A stretch of 64,000 bases of DNA from an uncultured virus (IMG/VR IMGVR_UViG_3300020050_017898) (taxonomy: Duplodnaviria > Heunggongvirae > Uroviricota > Caudoviricetes). The stretch is from the IMG/VR virus record IMGVR_UViG_3300020050_017898. The stretch is one strand, 5' to 3'. Position 1 is the first letter of the stretch; each line of letters begins with the position of its first letter. The position numbers and the translations under genes were made by a program. Below are positions 38,150 through 48,000 of this stretch, piece after piece. Under the pieces are notes generated by a model that was not told the DNA's origin, did no database searches, and worked only from the letters and a program-made list of their open reading frames with translations.

Positions 38150-39127
38150 TTAAAAAGTAACCATCAAACCAAATTGAAGACTGTATGTATTAAAATTCGT
38201 GTGTAATTGTGGACCAACATAAGTATTATGTGTGAAATTAGTTAACTTACCTAGATTTAACGCTACTGGCGACACAATTAATTCTGGGCTTTTATAGTAA
38301 CCTAATCCAACTTGACCAATTAATATAGTAGGATTTTTCTTTTCTCCATAACTCATGGGAGAAAAAAATACGCCGCCAGAATAAACAAAATCTAGCTTGT
38401 TAGAAAATCCAGATGATAATCCAATTCCTAATTTAGGATTCCACCAATAAAATTGGTCTTTGTTTTTTTCCTGCTGCAAAACACCTTCTACTGGAACATT
38501 GTATTTTTTACCATCTACTTCGATAGTAAAAGTATTATAAGCTACTTGCTTACCAGATTCTGTCTCACCTAACACAGTTGTAACTGTATATTTTTTTGGA
38601 AGAATTTTATAATCCCAGGGGGTTGGGCTGTACCCTGAAAAAGATACCTCACCAATCTTAACATCACTTTTACCAATTGGCTCGGTTAACCATAAAATTT
38701 GCTTGGTAGATAAATAATTAGAAGGATCCAAAACATACTTGGAATCAGTTGGAGAAACGTCTGAAAGTATCTCGCTAGGAACTACTACATCACTTTTAAC
38801 ACCACTTACAATCTTACCTGGGGTCTTAGCAGAAATTGTTTGGAAGGCAGTTAATTTGGCTTGTAGGCTCTCTAGATCTTTTAGAATTTTATCATAATTT
38901 GATTGCTTTTCTTTTAGCTGCTGTTCTAGATCTTCTACAACCTCTGTTTTAGATCTAGTAACATCTTCAGCAATAGTTTTTTGATCAACAATTACTTCAA
39001 TATCTTGTTGATGACAAGAACTAAATCCCATACTAATCATGAAACCAACTAACAATCCTATAACGGCTGCTATTATTGATTTATAATGTCTTGATAGCTT
39101 CTGGACAATAGTAGAGCGTTCTATCAT
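38150..39127 (-). CDS. Membrane-anchored coiled-coil protein with C-terminal beta-rich domain (spanin-like candidate)
   Basis: TM IIAAVIGLLVGFMISMGFSSC, coiled coil, ends QFGLMVTF. Confidence 0.6.
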   Translation of the reverse strand: MIERSTIVQKLSRHYKSIIAAVIGLLVGFMISMGFSSCHQQDIEVIVDQKTIAEDVTRSKTEVVEDLEQQLKEKQSNYDKILKDLESLQAKLTAFQTISAKTPGKIVSGVKSDVVVPSEILSDVSPTDSKYVLDPSNYLSTKQILWLTEPIGKSDVKIGEVSFSGYSPTPWDYKILPKKYTVTTVLGETESGKQVAYNTFTIEVDGKKYNVPVEGVLQQEKNKDQFYWWNPKLGIGLSSGFSNKLDFVYSGGVFFSPMSYGEKKNPTILIGQVGLGYYKSPELIVSPVALNLGKLTNFTHNTYVGPQLHTNFNTYSLQFGLMVTF

Positions 39128-39902
39128 TTTTTGTCTTTCTAGTTAAAATCTTATTTCCACGATCATCTGTATCTCTGCCATAACATTTAAAAGTGAATGT
39201 TCCAAGAGAATTATCAGCATTTTTATAAGTCAAAATACTTGCACCTTTGTTTCTGTAAGCATCATTCATTATCTTATTCAATGACAAAGATAATTTTAAA
39301 ACTTCTGATTCTGACAAACTAAAACTAAACCTCATCGGATCAATTCCACTATCATATAACGCCTCAGCTCTAAGATAGTTACCAACCCCTGCAAAAATAT
39401 TTTGATTAAGTAAATCATCAGCAATAAGTTGCTTACTGATAAGTAATTTTTCACAAATTTCATCAACCACACCAGAAATTTCAGCAGGATCAAGAGGCAA
39501 CAAATCTATACCTAATTCATTTAATTTTTCATCTAAATCTTTTTTAGACATAAATTCAATATTACCAAAATGTCTCATATCATTAAAATAAATTTTACCT
39601 TTATTTTTAAAGGTAAGAGAAAAGCATGTATGCTTATTTTTTTCTTGACTCCACTGAGCTGCCATTCCCAATCCACAACCAAGATATTTTTGATTAGTAA
39701 ATTCAAAATACATAAATTTACCTTTGGTATGCACCTCTTTTAGAGTCTCACCAAAATATAAGTTACTTGATTTAATACCTTTGATATCTTTCTTTAAGAA
39801 CTTTCCATTAATATCTGCGGAGTCAATATCAGATAATTGATCTCCTGATACCCAGGAATTTAATATATCGGCGCTACTTCTCACTTCTGCTGATTCTGGC
39901 AA
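39081..39902 (-). CDS. Fpg/Nei DNA glycosylase
   Basis: N-terminal PE, KGK, LGM, NDMRHFG, H2TH GVGNYLRAEAL, zincless finger with Arg. Confidence 0.93.
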   Translation of the reverse strand: MPESAEVRSSADILNSWVSGDQLSDIDSADINGKFLKKDIKGIKSSNLYFGETLKEVHTKGKFMYFEFTNQKYLGCGLGMAAQWSQEKNKHTCFSLTFKNKGKIYFNDMRHFGNIEFMSKKDLDEKLNELGIDLLPLDPAEISGVVDEICEKLLISKQLIADDLLNQNIFAGVGNYLRAEALYDSGIDPMRFSFSLSESEVLKLSLSLNKIMNDAYRNKGASILTYKNADNSLGTFTFKCYGRDTDDRGNKILTRKTKNDRTLYYCPEAIKTL

Positions 39903-39967
39903 TGTAATTTCCTTTTTTTCTCGAAAACTGGCTGGGCTACGTCTATATCAGCATCTTAACCATTGCT

Positions 39968-40672
39968 TTATTCGAAGCCACTTCTTTTTCCAAGAGCGAG
40001 CCGCTCCTTATCAGTAAATTCGACAGATACTTTTTCAATAAATTTTTGTTTGGCTGGCAAATAAAGTGATCTGAGATTTACTGATGAAGAAGTAACTTTT
40101 CCATAATGTTGGAAGGGCGCCCTAGCAATTTTAAATTTAATTCCCAACTTAATTGTTTCATAGCCCATATAAGCATCTTCAAAGTATGTCCCAAAATCTT
40201 CTATGAAAGGCTTTTTGAATTTTTCAAAAGTATTTCTGGTACTTGACAAACACCACCCCGAAATATAATTAATTTTCTTATTAATAGCATCTGTTTCATA
40301 TTCAAAATTCAAAGTTTTTGGATTAATGAATCCTCCTGTTGGACCTAACAAATAATTATCTTTTACTATCTTAAAATAGCTATCTATGTCAGCCATAGTC
40401 TTGCCCGTAAACTTTACATCATTGTTAAGAAACATAATTTTATCACCTGAACTAGCATGATATCCATTATTTACAGACTTAGCAAATCCACTATTTTTTT
40501 CATTAGTAATTACTTTAATTTTTGGATACTTCGATAAAACCTGAAGAGTATCATCTGTGGAACCATCATTCACAACAATGATTTCTCCATCGAACTCTTT
40601 TATTTGATTTAAAATTGAATTAGTATATTTACTTTGATTATAAACCGGAATAATGATTGAATTCATTTGCAA
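39968..40672 (-). CDS. Glycosyltransferase family 2
   Basis: SIIIPVYN, VVNDGSTD, FLNND, YFED. Confidence 0.92.
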   Translation of the reverse strand: MQMNSIIIPVYNQSKYTNSILNQIKEFDGEIIVVNDGSTDDTLQVLSKYPKIKVITNEKNSGFAKSVNNGYHASSGDKIMFLNNDVKFTGKTMADIDSYFKIVKDNYLLGPTGGFINPKTLNFEYETDAINKKINYISGWCLSSTRNTFEKFKKPFIEDFGTYFEDAYMGYETIKLGIKFKIARAPFQHYGKVTSSSVNLRSLYLPAKQKFIEKVSVEFTDKERLALGKRSGFE

Positions 40673-41787
40673 TAGCCTATCATTTCATTTGCTAGATTTT
40701 TCCAACTATACTTCGTTCTATAAAATTCATTAGATAGCTTTATTTTGAATTTCTTGTCTTCATGAGTTTTATATGATTCACGCAACTGTTTAACTGCTTC
40801 AGTAATGCTAGGGGTAAACCACTTGGCATTAAATGCATTTTTCTCTGGCTTACCATCTAGTCCAGCAGCATAATAAACTTCATTTAATGGAGCAGTTGTC
40901 ATTGATCCATTTACTAAATAACTATTAGAATCATTAAGAAAATCCAACGGACCTCCATGGGCTGAAGCTATTACAGGCTTACCGGATAATACTGATTCAA
41001 GGGCTGGAATCAAAAAACTCTCCGCCTTACTTAATGAGTAATAAACATCACAAGAATGAAATAAATCTTGCATCTGATCAATATGATCAGAAATCACTTT
41101 TATCTCTGCCATATTTTTATATTTTGATTTTTGTTTGGCTAACAACCCATTAAAATTATTAAAATGTTTTTTACTAATCTTTATTATCCAAATTACTTTA
41201 TCTTCTTTGGTGAAAGCTTTGCTCCAGGCTTCCAACATTCCTTCAATATTCTTTCGACCATCAGTACTAGCCATTACTGTTAGATACTTTGTTTTGTCTG
41301 ATAAATCCAAATCTTTAAAATCATACCAGGAATCATCTACTCCATATGGAAGTATCTTTAATTTTTCTTCTTTCATCTTGGCATCTAGAAAAACATTCTT
41401 AGCATGAGTTGAACAAGGAAGAATTAAATCAGCAAATTCTTCATATTTTGCTAATCCTGGAGGAAAATACTTTTCCCATTCATAGCACCAAATACCAAAA
41501 CGATTTTGGTCAGCAAAGCTCAAATGCTTTTTAAAATTCCTCATCATAGTAAATGAAAAATTCATATCATATTTACTTGTGGGTTGTTTGCCTGTAATTT
41601 TATTGAAAACATTTTCTGGATGGTGACCAATAATATTTTCAGATAGGTCTGAAGGCAGATGATCTATTCCATTCGTACTAAAAATATCTACTTCATGACC
41701 CATTTTTTTAAATTGTCTAATAAAGTTTTGGGCTACAATCCCCCAACTATGATTGTTAGCCCCAAACCCGTAGTATAAGATCCTCAT
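40663..41787 (-). CDS. Glycosyltransferase family 4 (GT-B)
   Basis: GHEV, RKN, ESFLIPALES (Ex7E), GKPVIAS. Confidence 0.9.
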   Translation of the reverse strand: MRILYYGFGANNHSWGIVAQNFIRQFKKMGHEVDIFSTNGIDHLPSDLSENIIGHHPENVFNKITGKQPTSKYDMNFSFTMMRNFKKHLSFADQNRFGIWCYEWEKYFPPGLAKYEEFADLILPCSTHAKNVFLDAKMKEEKLKILPYGVDDSWYDFKDLDLSDKTKYLTVMASTDGRKNIEGMLEAWSKAFTKEDKVIWIIKISKKHFNNFNGLLAKQKSKYKNMAEIKVISDHIDQMQDLFHSCDVYYSLSKAESFLIPALESVLSGKPVIASAHGGPLDFLNDSNSYLVNGSMTTAPLNEVYYAAGLDGKPEKNAFNAKWFTPSITEAVKQLRESYKTHEDKKFKIKLSNEFYRTKYSWKNLANEMIGYCK

Positions 41788-41793
41788 GAGAGG

Positions 41794-41821
41794 ATTATAA
41801 CACAGCCTATCAGTAAAGCAA
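41794..41821 (-). promoter_or_regulatory. sigma70-like promoter, leaderless GT4 mRNA
   Basis: TTGCTT, 16 nt, TATAAT, 6 nt, ATG 41787. Confidence 0.6.
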
Positions 41822-44800
41822 GTTAAAAACTTGAGTGTCGTTGACCTGAAGAGGACGATTAGAAAATCCCGCTTTTTTGAGAAAAACAGAGACTTTTACT
41901 TTGGTATTGCCAGTAACATATCCAGGATCATTATATAAGTTAGTAAAATTTAGATTTAAAATGCCATCTTCACTGATAGCTAAACCCATTCTACCATCAA
42001 CTACAATAACAGGATCTCCTAAATATGTTCCATCTAGTTCAGGAGTAAAGCTTTGAATGGCTGCAGAATATCTGATATTATCAGTATCACTTATTTTAAC
42101 ATAAGTTCCATCACTATATTTTAAAGCAGGAAATCCTTTAGCTGTTAAACCAACATTAGTTGAAACATCTTCTGCCACAAACATACTTAAAATATTTAAA
42201 GACTTTTGATATCCATCCAATCCCTCTGGAATATTTAAAATAATATCTGCTACTTCAAAATCTAGTTTATGAAAATTTTTATCTTCATCTAGAATATTTC
42301 CTTCAACAAGGAAATTCCCTGGATTATAATAATTATTTATATTCTTTTCAAAATTTAAAGGATCAGGAAAAATATTTTTATTATCAAATGTTGTATTTTC
42401 ATAATCACTATAAACCGTAATTACCGATCTAGGATCTGAAGAAACATAAACATCATCTGCGTTCCAAGTGAGCTGCTTGGTTAAGCGCATTTCTTTGGGA
42501 GTTGTATAGTCTTGAAATGCTGGTTCAGCAATGAAAGGTTTTGGTATTTCATGAATATCACCGCGGTCTATTGATCCATTATCCCAATAATCATCATGAC
42601 GATCTACAAATCTTTCTAGTACTATCTCTATTACTTGATAAGTAGTGTTCATATAAGTGTATGGATTGACAACAGGATATGGTGAAACGTAAGAAACAAA
42701 AGGAGCCTTATCTAACCAACTATTTAATAAATACCCATCATTAGTACTAATTAATTGATCACCGTCAATATCACTAGCAAAAGCTTCTAATATACCTTTG
42801 GTATTAAAGAAAGGTTTTTGAACATTAGCAGTAGTATTGCTAGTGATACTTGTAATAGCAAATTTACCTGACATTGCCACATTGTCATATCCACTTACTA
42901 CAATTAAAGATGGGTTTGTAACACCTACTGTAGCAGATTTAATATTAGTTGGACTAGTATTAACTGTATAATTTCCTGGAGTACTAGTTGGAGTAAAAGT
43001 TACAGAAAAATTACTTCCAATTTGGACCCCTTCACTGTCAACTAATTTTACTACAACACCAGAATCTACAGCATTATAATTTGCACTTAAAAAGAAATAA
43101 CTTGGACTTACTACATATCCGAAAGGAGAATATGGACTAACACTAATAACACTTGGTCCATTTTCCGGAGCAGTATTAAAATCAATATCTTTATACTTAA
43201 ACAGTACATCTAAATCACTATAATCAACTGTTGATTGTTTAATATTTCCGATTAAAATATCATGTATTTTAGCACTAACAATTCTATATGGTAAATTTGT
43301 ATCTTTATTAAAAAGTTTAGCATTCTTTGTTTCATTAGTGATAATCATAGTTCTTAGATCAAGAATAGATTGCTCAAAATCTGGATCACCAGCATCAGTA
43401 ATTACTTTAAAAAATAATTTATTATTAAAAAAATTAGGAAGATGCAAAGTAAAATCATGGAAGGCTCCATTTACAAAATACTTAACATTATTATCTTTAA
43501 TCGCACCCAAAGTTAAAACATCTGGATTATCATTATCTGCAGTATTTTTTATACTATTATACTCAGTAACGTTTAATAACTTAATAGCTGCTGAGACTTG
43601 TTTTTTGCTTAGTACATCATTACCTGTTCTTGGATTTTCTTCTAAATCAAAAGAAGTTATACCTGTCTGAGCTACAGCTTTATAAATTTGATTAGTAGTG
43701 AAGCTTAAATTATCTAAGCAATAATCTTTAGATAAACCCAAATCTTCATAATATTTTACTTTTTGTAATACTGCTCCGGCTCCAAAAAGATAATATTGAC
43801 CACTAGTCACTTTAGCATTGTCACTATATATTTGATACCAAATACTTTCAGTATAAATATTAACCCACCCTTGACCAGTAAAAATTGTTAATTGTCGATT
43901 ACCATCAGTGTTAGCGCTACTTGTAAATAGTATATCACAATTATCAACTACTCCAGCACTTAATCGCTTAAAAACCAATACATAGGCTTCGCCTTCTTTG
44001 AGAGACTTTCCATTAGATACTGATGTATTAGAAAATACTAAATCAACTGGCTGTGGAACTGTGTCTAACACATAACCGTTATTAAGCAATTGATTATAAT
44101 CAAAACTAATCTGAGCCAATGCAATAGCTGTAGGAGGATAATCTAATTTATTATCAGGAATAATATCATTAATACAATTAACTGTACTTTGTAATGGATA
44201 AATAGAAGCTATGACTTGTCCATCCCAAACCAAATTATCAGGATCGTCACTATTACGCACACTCATTAATACAGTTATTTTTTGAATGTTATTATTCTTA
44301 GCAATAAATTTTTGACCTATTTGAGTAACAATATCATTTCTTTCTAAAGCTTGAACCTCAGAAAAATCTGTGTTAATGTTTAATTGTGTTAAATCATAAT
44401 TAGTTAAAACGCTCTGTAAGTAATCGAGGAAAGGTGCCCCACTATCAATAAAAATATCTCTAAAAAATAGTGACGGATTATTATTATCGTCTATTAATAG
44501 ATCTTTATCTAATACTAAAGAAGATGCTTCTTCTACTACAATTCTGCCTCCCAAATTCATAGAGTTTGAAAATGTTTCTAATCTATCATTGAATAACAAC
44601 CCCAATAATTGGGTATAATGTTTTTTTGTAATTTGAGTTTCATTTTGAGAAAAATATAAAACATCATATTGAAGATTATAATTAAAATCTAAACCAATTA
44701 ATAATATTTTTAATTTTCTTTGTCCCACAGCCTGGCAATCAGTTACAGTTATTGATAGCTGCTGACCCTCAACAATATCTGACGTTTTTCCATTATATTC

Positions 44801-45022
44801 AAAACTTGTAGCCAAAATACCGTCTTGAAGATCATTGCTATTTGTATCAAATAATACTCTACTATCAAGTGAATCTTTGATAACACCTGATCCTATTACA
44901 TTACGTATAGTAGAAGCAACACGCGTTTCATTATGCTCTTGTTCTAGAATTAGGTCTTGATGATCAACTTGTTTTCCATCATAAAAAATGTTTTGAGGAG
45001 ATGAGACAATGGCTTTTTTCAT
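41810..45022 (-). CDS. Large virion (baseplate/tail) protein
   Basis: Last gene of baseplate operon; N-terminal FYDGKQV...EQ; EF-hand/dockerin-like DIDGDQLISTND. Confidence 0.7.
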   Translation of the reverse strand: MKKAIVSSPQNIFYDGKQVDHQDLILEQEHNETRVASTIRNVIGSGVIKDSLDSRVLFDTNSNDLQDGILATSFEYNGKTSDIVEGQQLSITVTDCQAVGQRKLKILLIGLDFNYNLQYDVLYFSQNETQITKKHYTQLLGLLFNDRLETFSNSMNLGGRIVVEEASSLVLDKDLLIDDNNNPSLFFRDIFIDSGAPFLDYLQSVLTNYDLTQLNINTDFSEVQALERNDIVTQIGQKFIAKNNNIQKITVLMSVRNSDDPDNLVWDGQVIASIYPLQSTVNCINDIIPDNKLDYPPTAIALAQISFDYNQLLNNGYVLDTVPQPVDLVFSNTSVSNGKSLKEGEAYVLVFKRLSAGVVDNCDILFTSSANTDGNRQLTIFTGQGWVNIYTESIWYQIYSDNAKVTSGQYYLFGAGAVLQKVKYYEDLGLSKDYCLDNLSFTTNQIYKAVAQTGITSFDLEENPRTGNDVLSKKQVSAAIKLLNVTEYNSIKNTADNDNPDVLTLGAIKDNNVKYFVNGAFHDFTLHLPNFFNNKLFFKVITDAGDPDFEQSILDLRTMIITNETKNAKLFNKDTNLPYRIVSAKIHDILIGNIKQSTVDYSDLDVLFKYKDIDFNTAPENGPSVISVSPYSPFGYVVSPSYFFLSANYNAVDSGVVVKLVDSEGVQIGSNFSVTFTPTSTPGNYTVNTSPTNIKSATVGVTNPSLIVVSGYDNVAMSGKFAITSITSNTTANVQKPFFNTKGILEAFASDIDGDQLISTNDGYLLNSWLDKAPFVSYVSPYPVVNPYTYMNTTYQVIEIVLERFVDRHDDYWDNGSIDRGDIHEIPKPFIAEPAFQDYTTPKEMRLTKQLTWNADDVYVSSDPRSVITVYSDYENTTFDNKNIFPDPLNFEKNINNYYNPGNFLVEGNILDEDKNFHKLDFEVADIILNIPEGLDGYQKSLNILSMFVAEDVSTNVGLTAKGFPALKYSDGTYVKISDTDNIRYSAAIQSFTPELDGTYLGDPVIVVDGRMGLAISEDGILNLNFTNLYNDPGYVTGNTKVKVSVFLKKAGFSNRPLQVNDTQVFNLLY

Positions 45023-45023
45023 G

Positions 45024-48000
45024 TTAACCTAGGTATTTAATATAAACGCGGGAGGAGGCAGGTTTTATTAGTTTTATTAGCTTTTCTAATATCAACTTAA
45101 CTCTATCATTACTCTTAACTATGTCAAAAGAATCAAAGATGTTAAGATAAAAATCATTATTTATAGAGTTTTTGCCTCGTAGATATGAAAAGTTTTCACT
45201 GATTGTCTTAATAGTGTTTCCACTTAATAAATACGTAGTATACAAATCATTTACTGATGGTACAACTGATTTTAGATTTTTAGAGAAAGACAAATCTAAT
45301 TTTTCCCCAGCAAAATAATAACCATCATTATATTTATTGGTAAATTTCAAATCATCTAATAAAAATTGCATTTTTTTAGTAAATGTATTAGTAGACCCAA
45401 AAACTAATATATTTATTTGATCTGTAAAATTCAAAGTAGTACTTATATTGTTATAGTTAACAACATTCCCGAAGCTAGAAGGCATATAACCATCATAAGG
45501 TGATTGATTAAAAGTAGTATCATACTCAAATGTATTACTTTGTTGATAACCATCTAACCACATAGAGATAGTATCATTAACAGAATTTTTCATTGAATAA
45601 CTTAATTTAACTTTATGCCAGCTACCACTATTCCATACAGCAGGTACAGTTATGCTAGCAGATTTATTAGAAGCTGTAACCTCATAAACTAGATCACCTT
45701 TTTTGGTTTTGTAGAAACTCATACGATCACCATTAAATTTTAATGGCAAATAAGTAACTTTTACATTCATCACATCACTAGGCAATGATTTTCCAAGTTT
45801 AACTATTTGTTTATCTGGTGATACATTAGCATTTAATGGTTTATATATTACTATATAGTCTTCTGTTTCTGCTGGAATAGTACCCAAATAAATTGTAACA
45901 CGATCTTGTGCAATATATCCCCCATCAAAATAATCAAAATTACTAATAGAATTTTTTCTTTTAATACTAATAATTTGCTGAACAGGAGCACTAGCAACAA
46001 AATTATATTGAGAAGCATTCAGTTCTATTATTTCTGTAATAGCATCATCTATGGTGGTTGTAATTTCTCCATTAAGAAAATAATCTTCATTAGAAGATAA
46101 TGTTTCAATTTTTAATATTTTACTAGCTTTATTCTTTAATTGTATGGTATTTCTATCAGAAGATAGAATTTCTTCAACTATAGCTCCATAAAAATCAAAA
46201 TAATATCCATCACGGTTATCATGATAAGTATCATTAATTGGTGACATCCAAAAAGATATTGTTCCTTCTTTGGTATTAAAAATACCTTCATTAGAAATTT
46301 CTATTGGTTTTACTACATGAATACTATCACCAAAATTTGAATTTATTTTATGGTTTGTATAAAATAATTTTTTGTTTTTATTTCTGTCATAAAAATCACT
46401 AATATTATTTAACCCTTGTAATAATAGTAATGTAGACGAATCTTGTTTTAATGCTTTTAATGAATTAAAGTCTGCTGTGATAGACTTATTATTCATAGGC
46501 TCTCCAATTCTAGTATCTTCTAAAAGAATATTATTTATTTTGATTTGATCTAATACTCCTTTTATTGGATTAGATAAATTAAAACTATTACCAACAATAA
46601 AATTATCATTTGATTCATAATCTAAATTTAGTCTAGAATGATAATCAAATTTATAAAACCCTTCTGTTAAATAATATGATTTGCCTGGTGCAAATGCTTG
46701 TTGAAATGTGAAATATCCATTTTGAAAACCAGTTCTATCTTCAGTAGCCCGTAGAATCTGATATTTACCATTACTAAAAATTTGATTTATTACTGGTGAA
46801 GTAAAAATCGTATGATTATCAAGTACATCTGTGATTTTATAAATTCCTCCCTGACCAGGAGGCTCAACTATATAAATATAATTGTTTTTATCACTGTAAG
46901 AGAAAAATACATTTTGGTCAGTTAAAGCATAACCATCTGATTGTAAATCAAATCCATCTTTGATAACATAGCTATATTTTAATTCAGGATATAAGTCTCC
47001 ATCTTCGGGAACAGTAATCCAATAAGTTTCACTTACTTCAACATTTGCCCATGGTTTATTACTTGCTTGAATGTATCCATCTACTTCTATAGAAGTAATT
47101 TCTATAAATTTATCGACAAAACTTATTGAACCTATATTTGTAAAATTATGGCTAATATTAATAGCATAACCATCTACATCATACCCATCTACAGAAATAG
47201 TTGTGGGTCCAGAGCCAAAGTCTAAATTACTATTGCCACTTAATGTTAGGGTTAGACTTCTACCAGAAACTGATGGACTAGTAAAATAATTTTCATTATT
47301 AGTTTCCCAATGGAATTCTCCGCCTATCTCACTAGCATTATTAGTACTAGCTGAAATACCAATTTCTTTAATAATTTTCTTGACTCTAACAGAGTCTAAA
47401 TCAATTGGTGATGGCATTCTAGTGCGAATAATATTTTCTGAATCATTACTCCAAATATAATATTTACCTATATTTCTTTCAGTGTTCATTCCTAATGTTC
47501 CAACCATAACAATGTCATTGGTTGAAATATTATTAGTAATAATTATTTGATAACCATCTGTTTGATAATCTGGATTAATAGCTTTTCTTCCATTTAATTC
47601 AATTAAATCTTTAGAATAAATGTAAAATGGTACGTTGTTAACTGGATCTATAATTGGAGAAATTGTAGCAATATTTGGAATAACTGAAGTTATTGCTACT
47701 AATTGATTATCAATAAAAAGATAATCGCCAGAACTAATAGATGATAAATCATTACTTGGACTAACAAAATAGCCATCATTATTAATTGATCCAAAATTAA
47801 ATAACTTTGTCTCTCCTTTAAGTACTGCTAAATCGGGATAAACCCAGTCTTTTGTTCCTAAAGTTAGTGTAGCTTTGTTTACACTAAATCTAGCATTAGT
47901 AAATGATAAGTTAATTGGTGTCGTTAAAATTAAACTCTGACCATTTACACTAGAAATAGAATATCCTCCAGGAGATAATCCATTTTCATTAATATAAATG

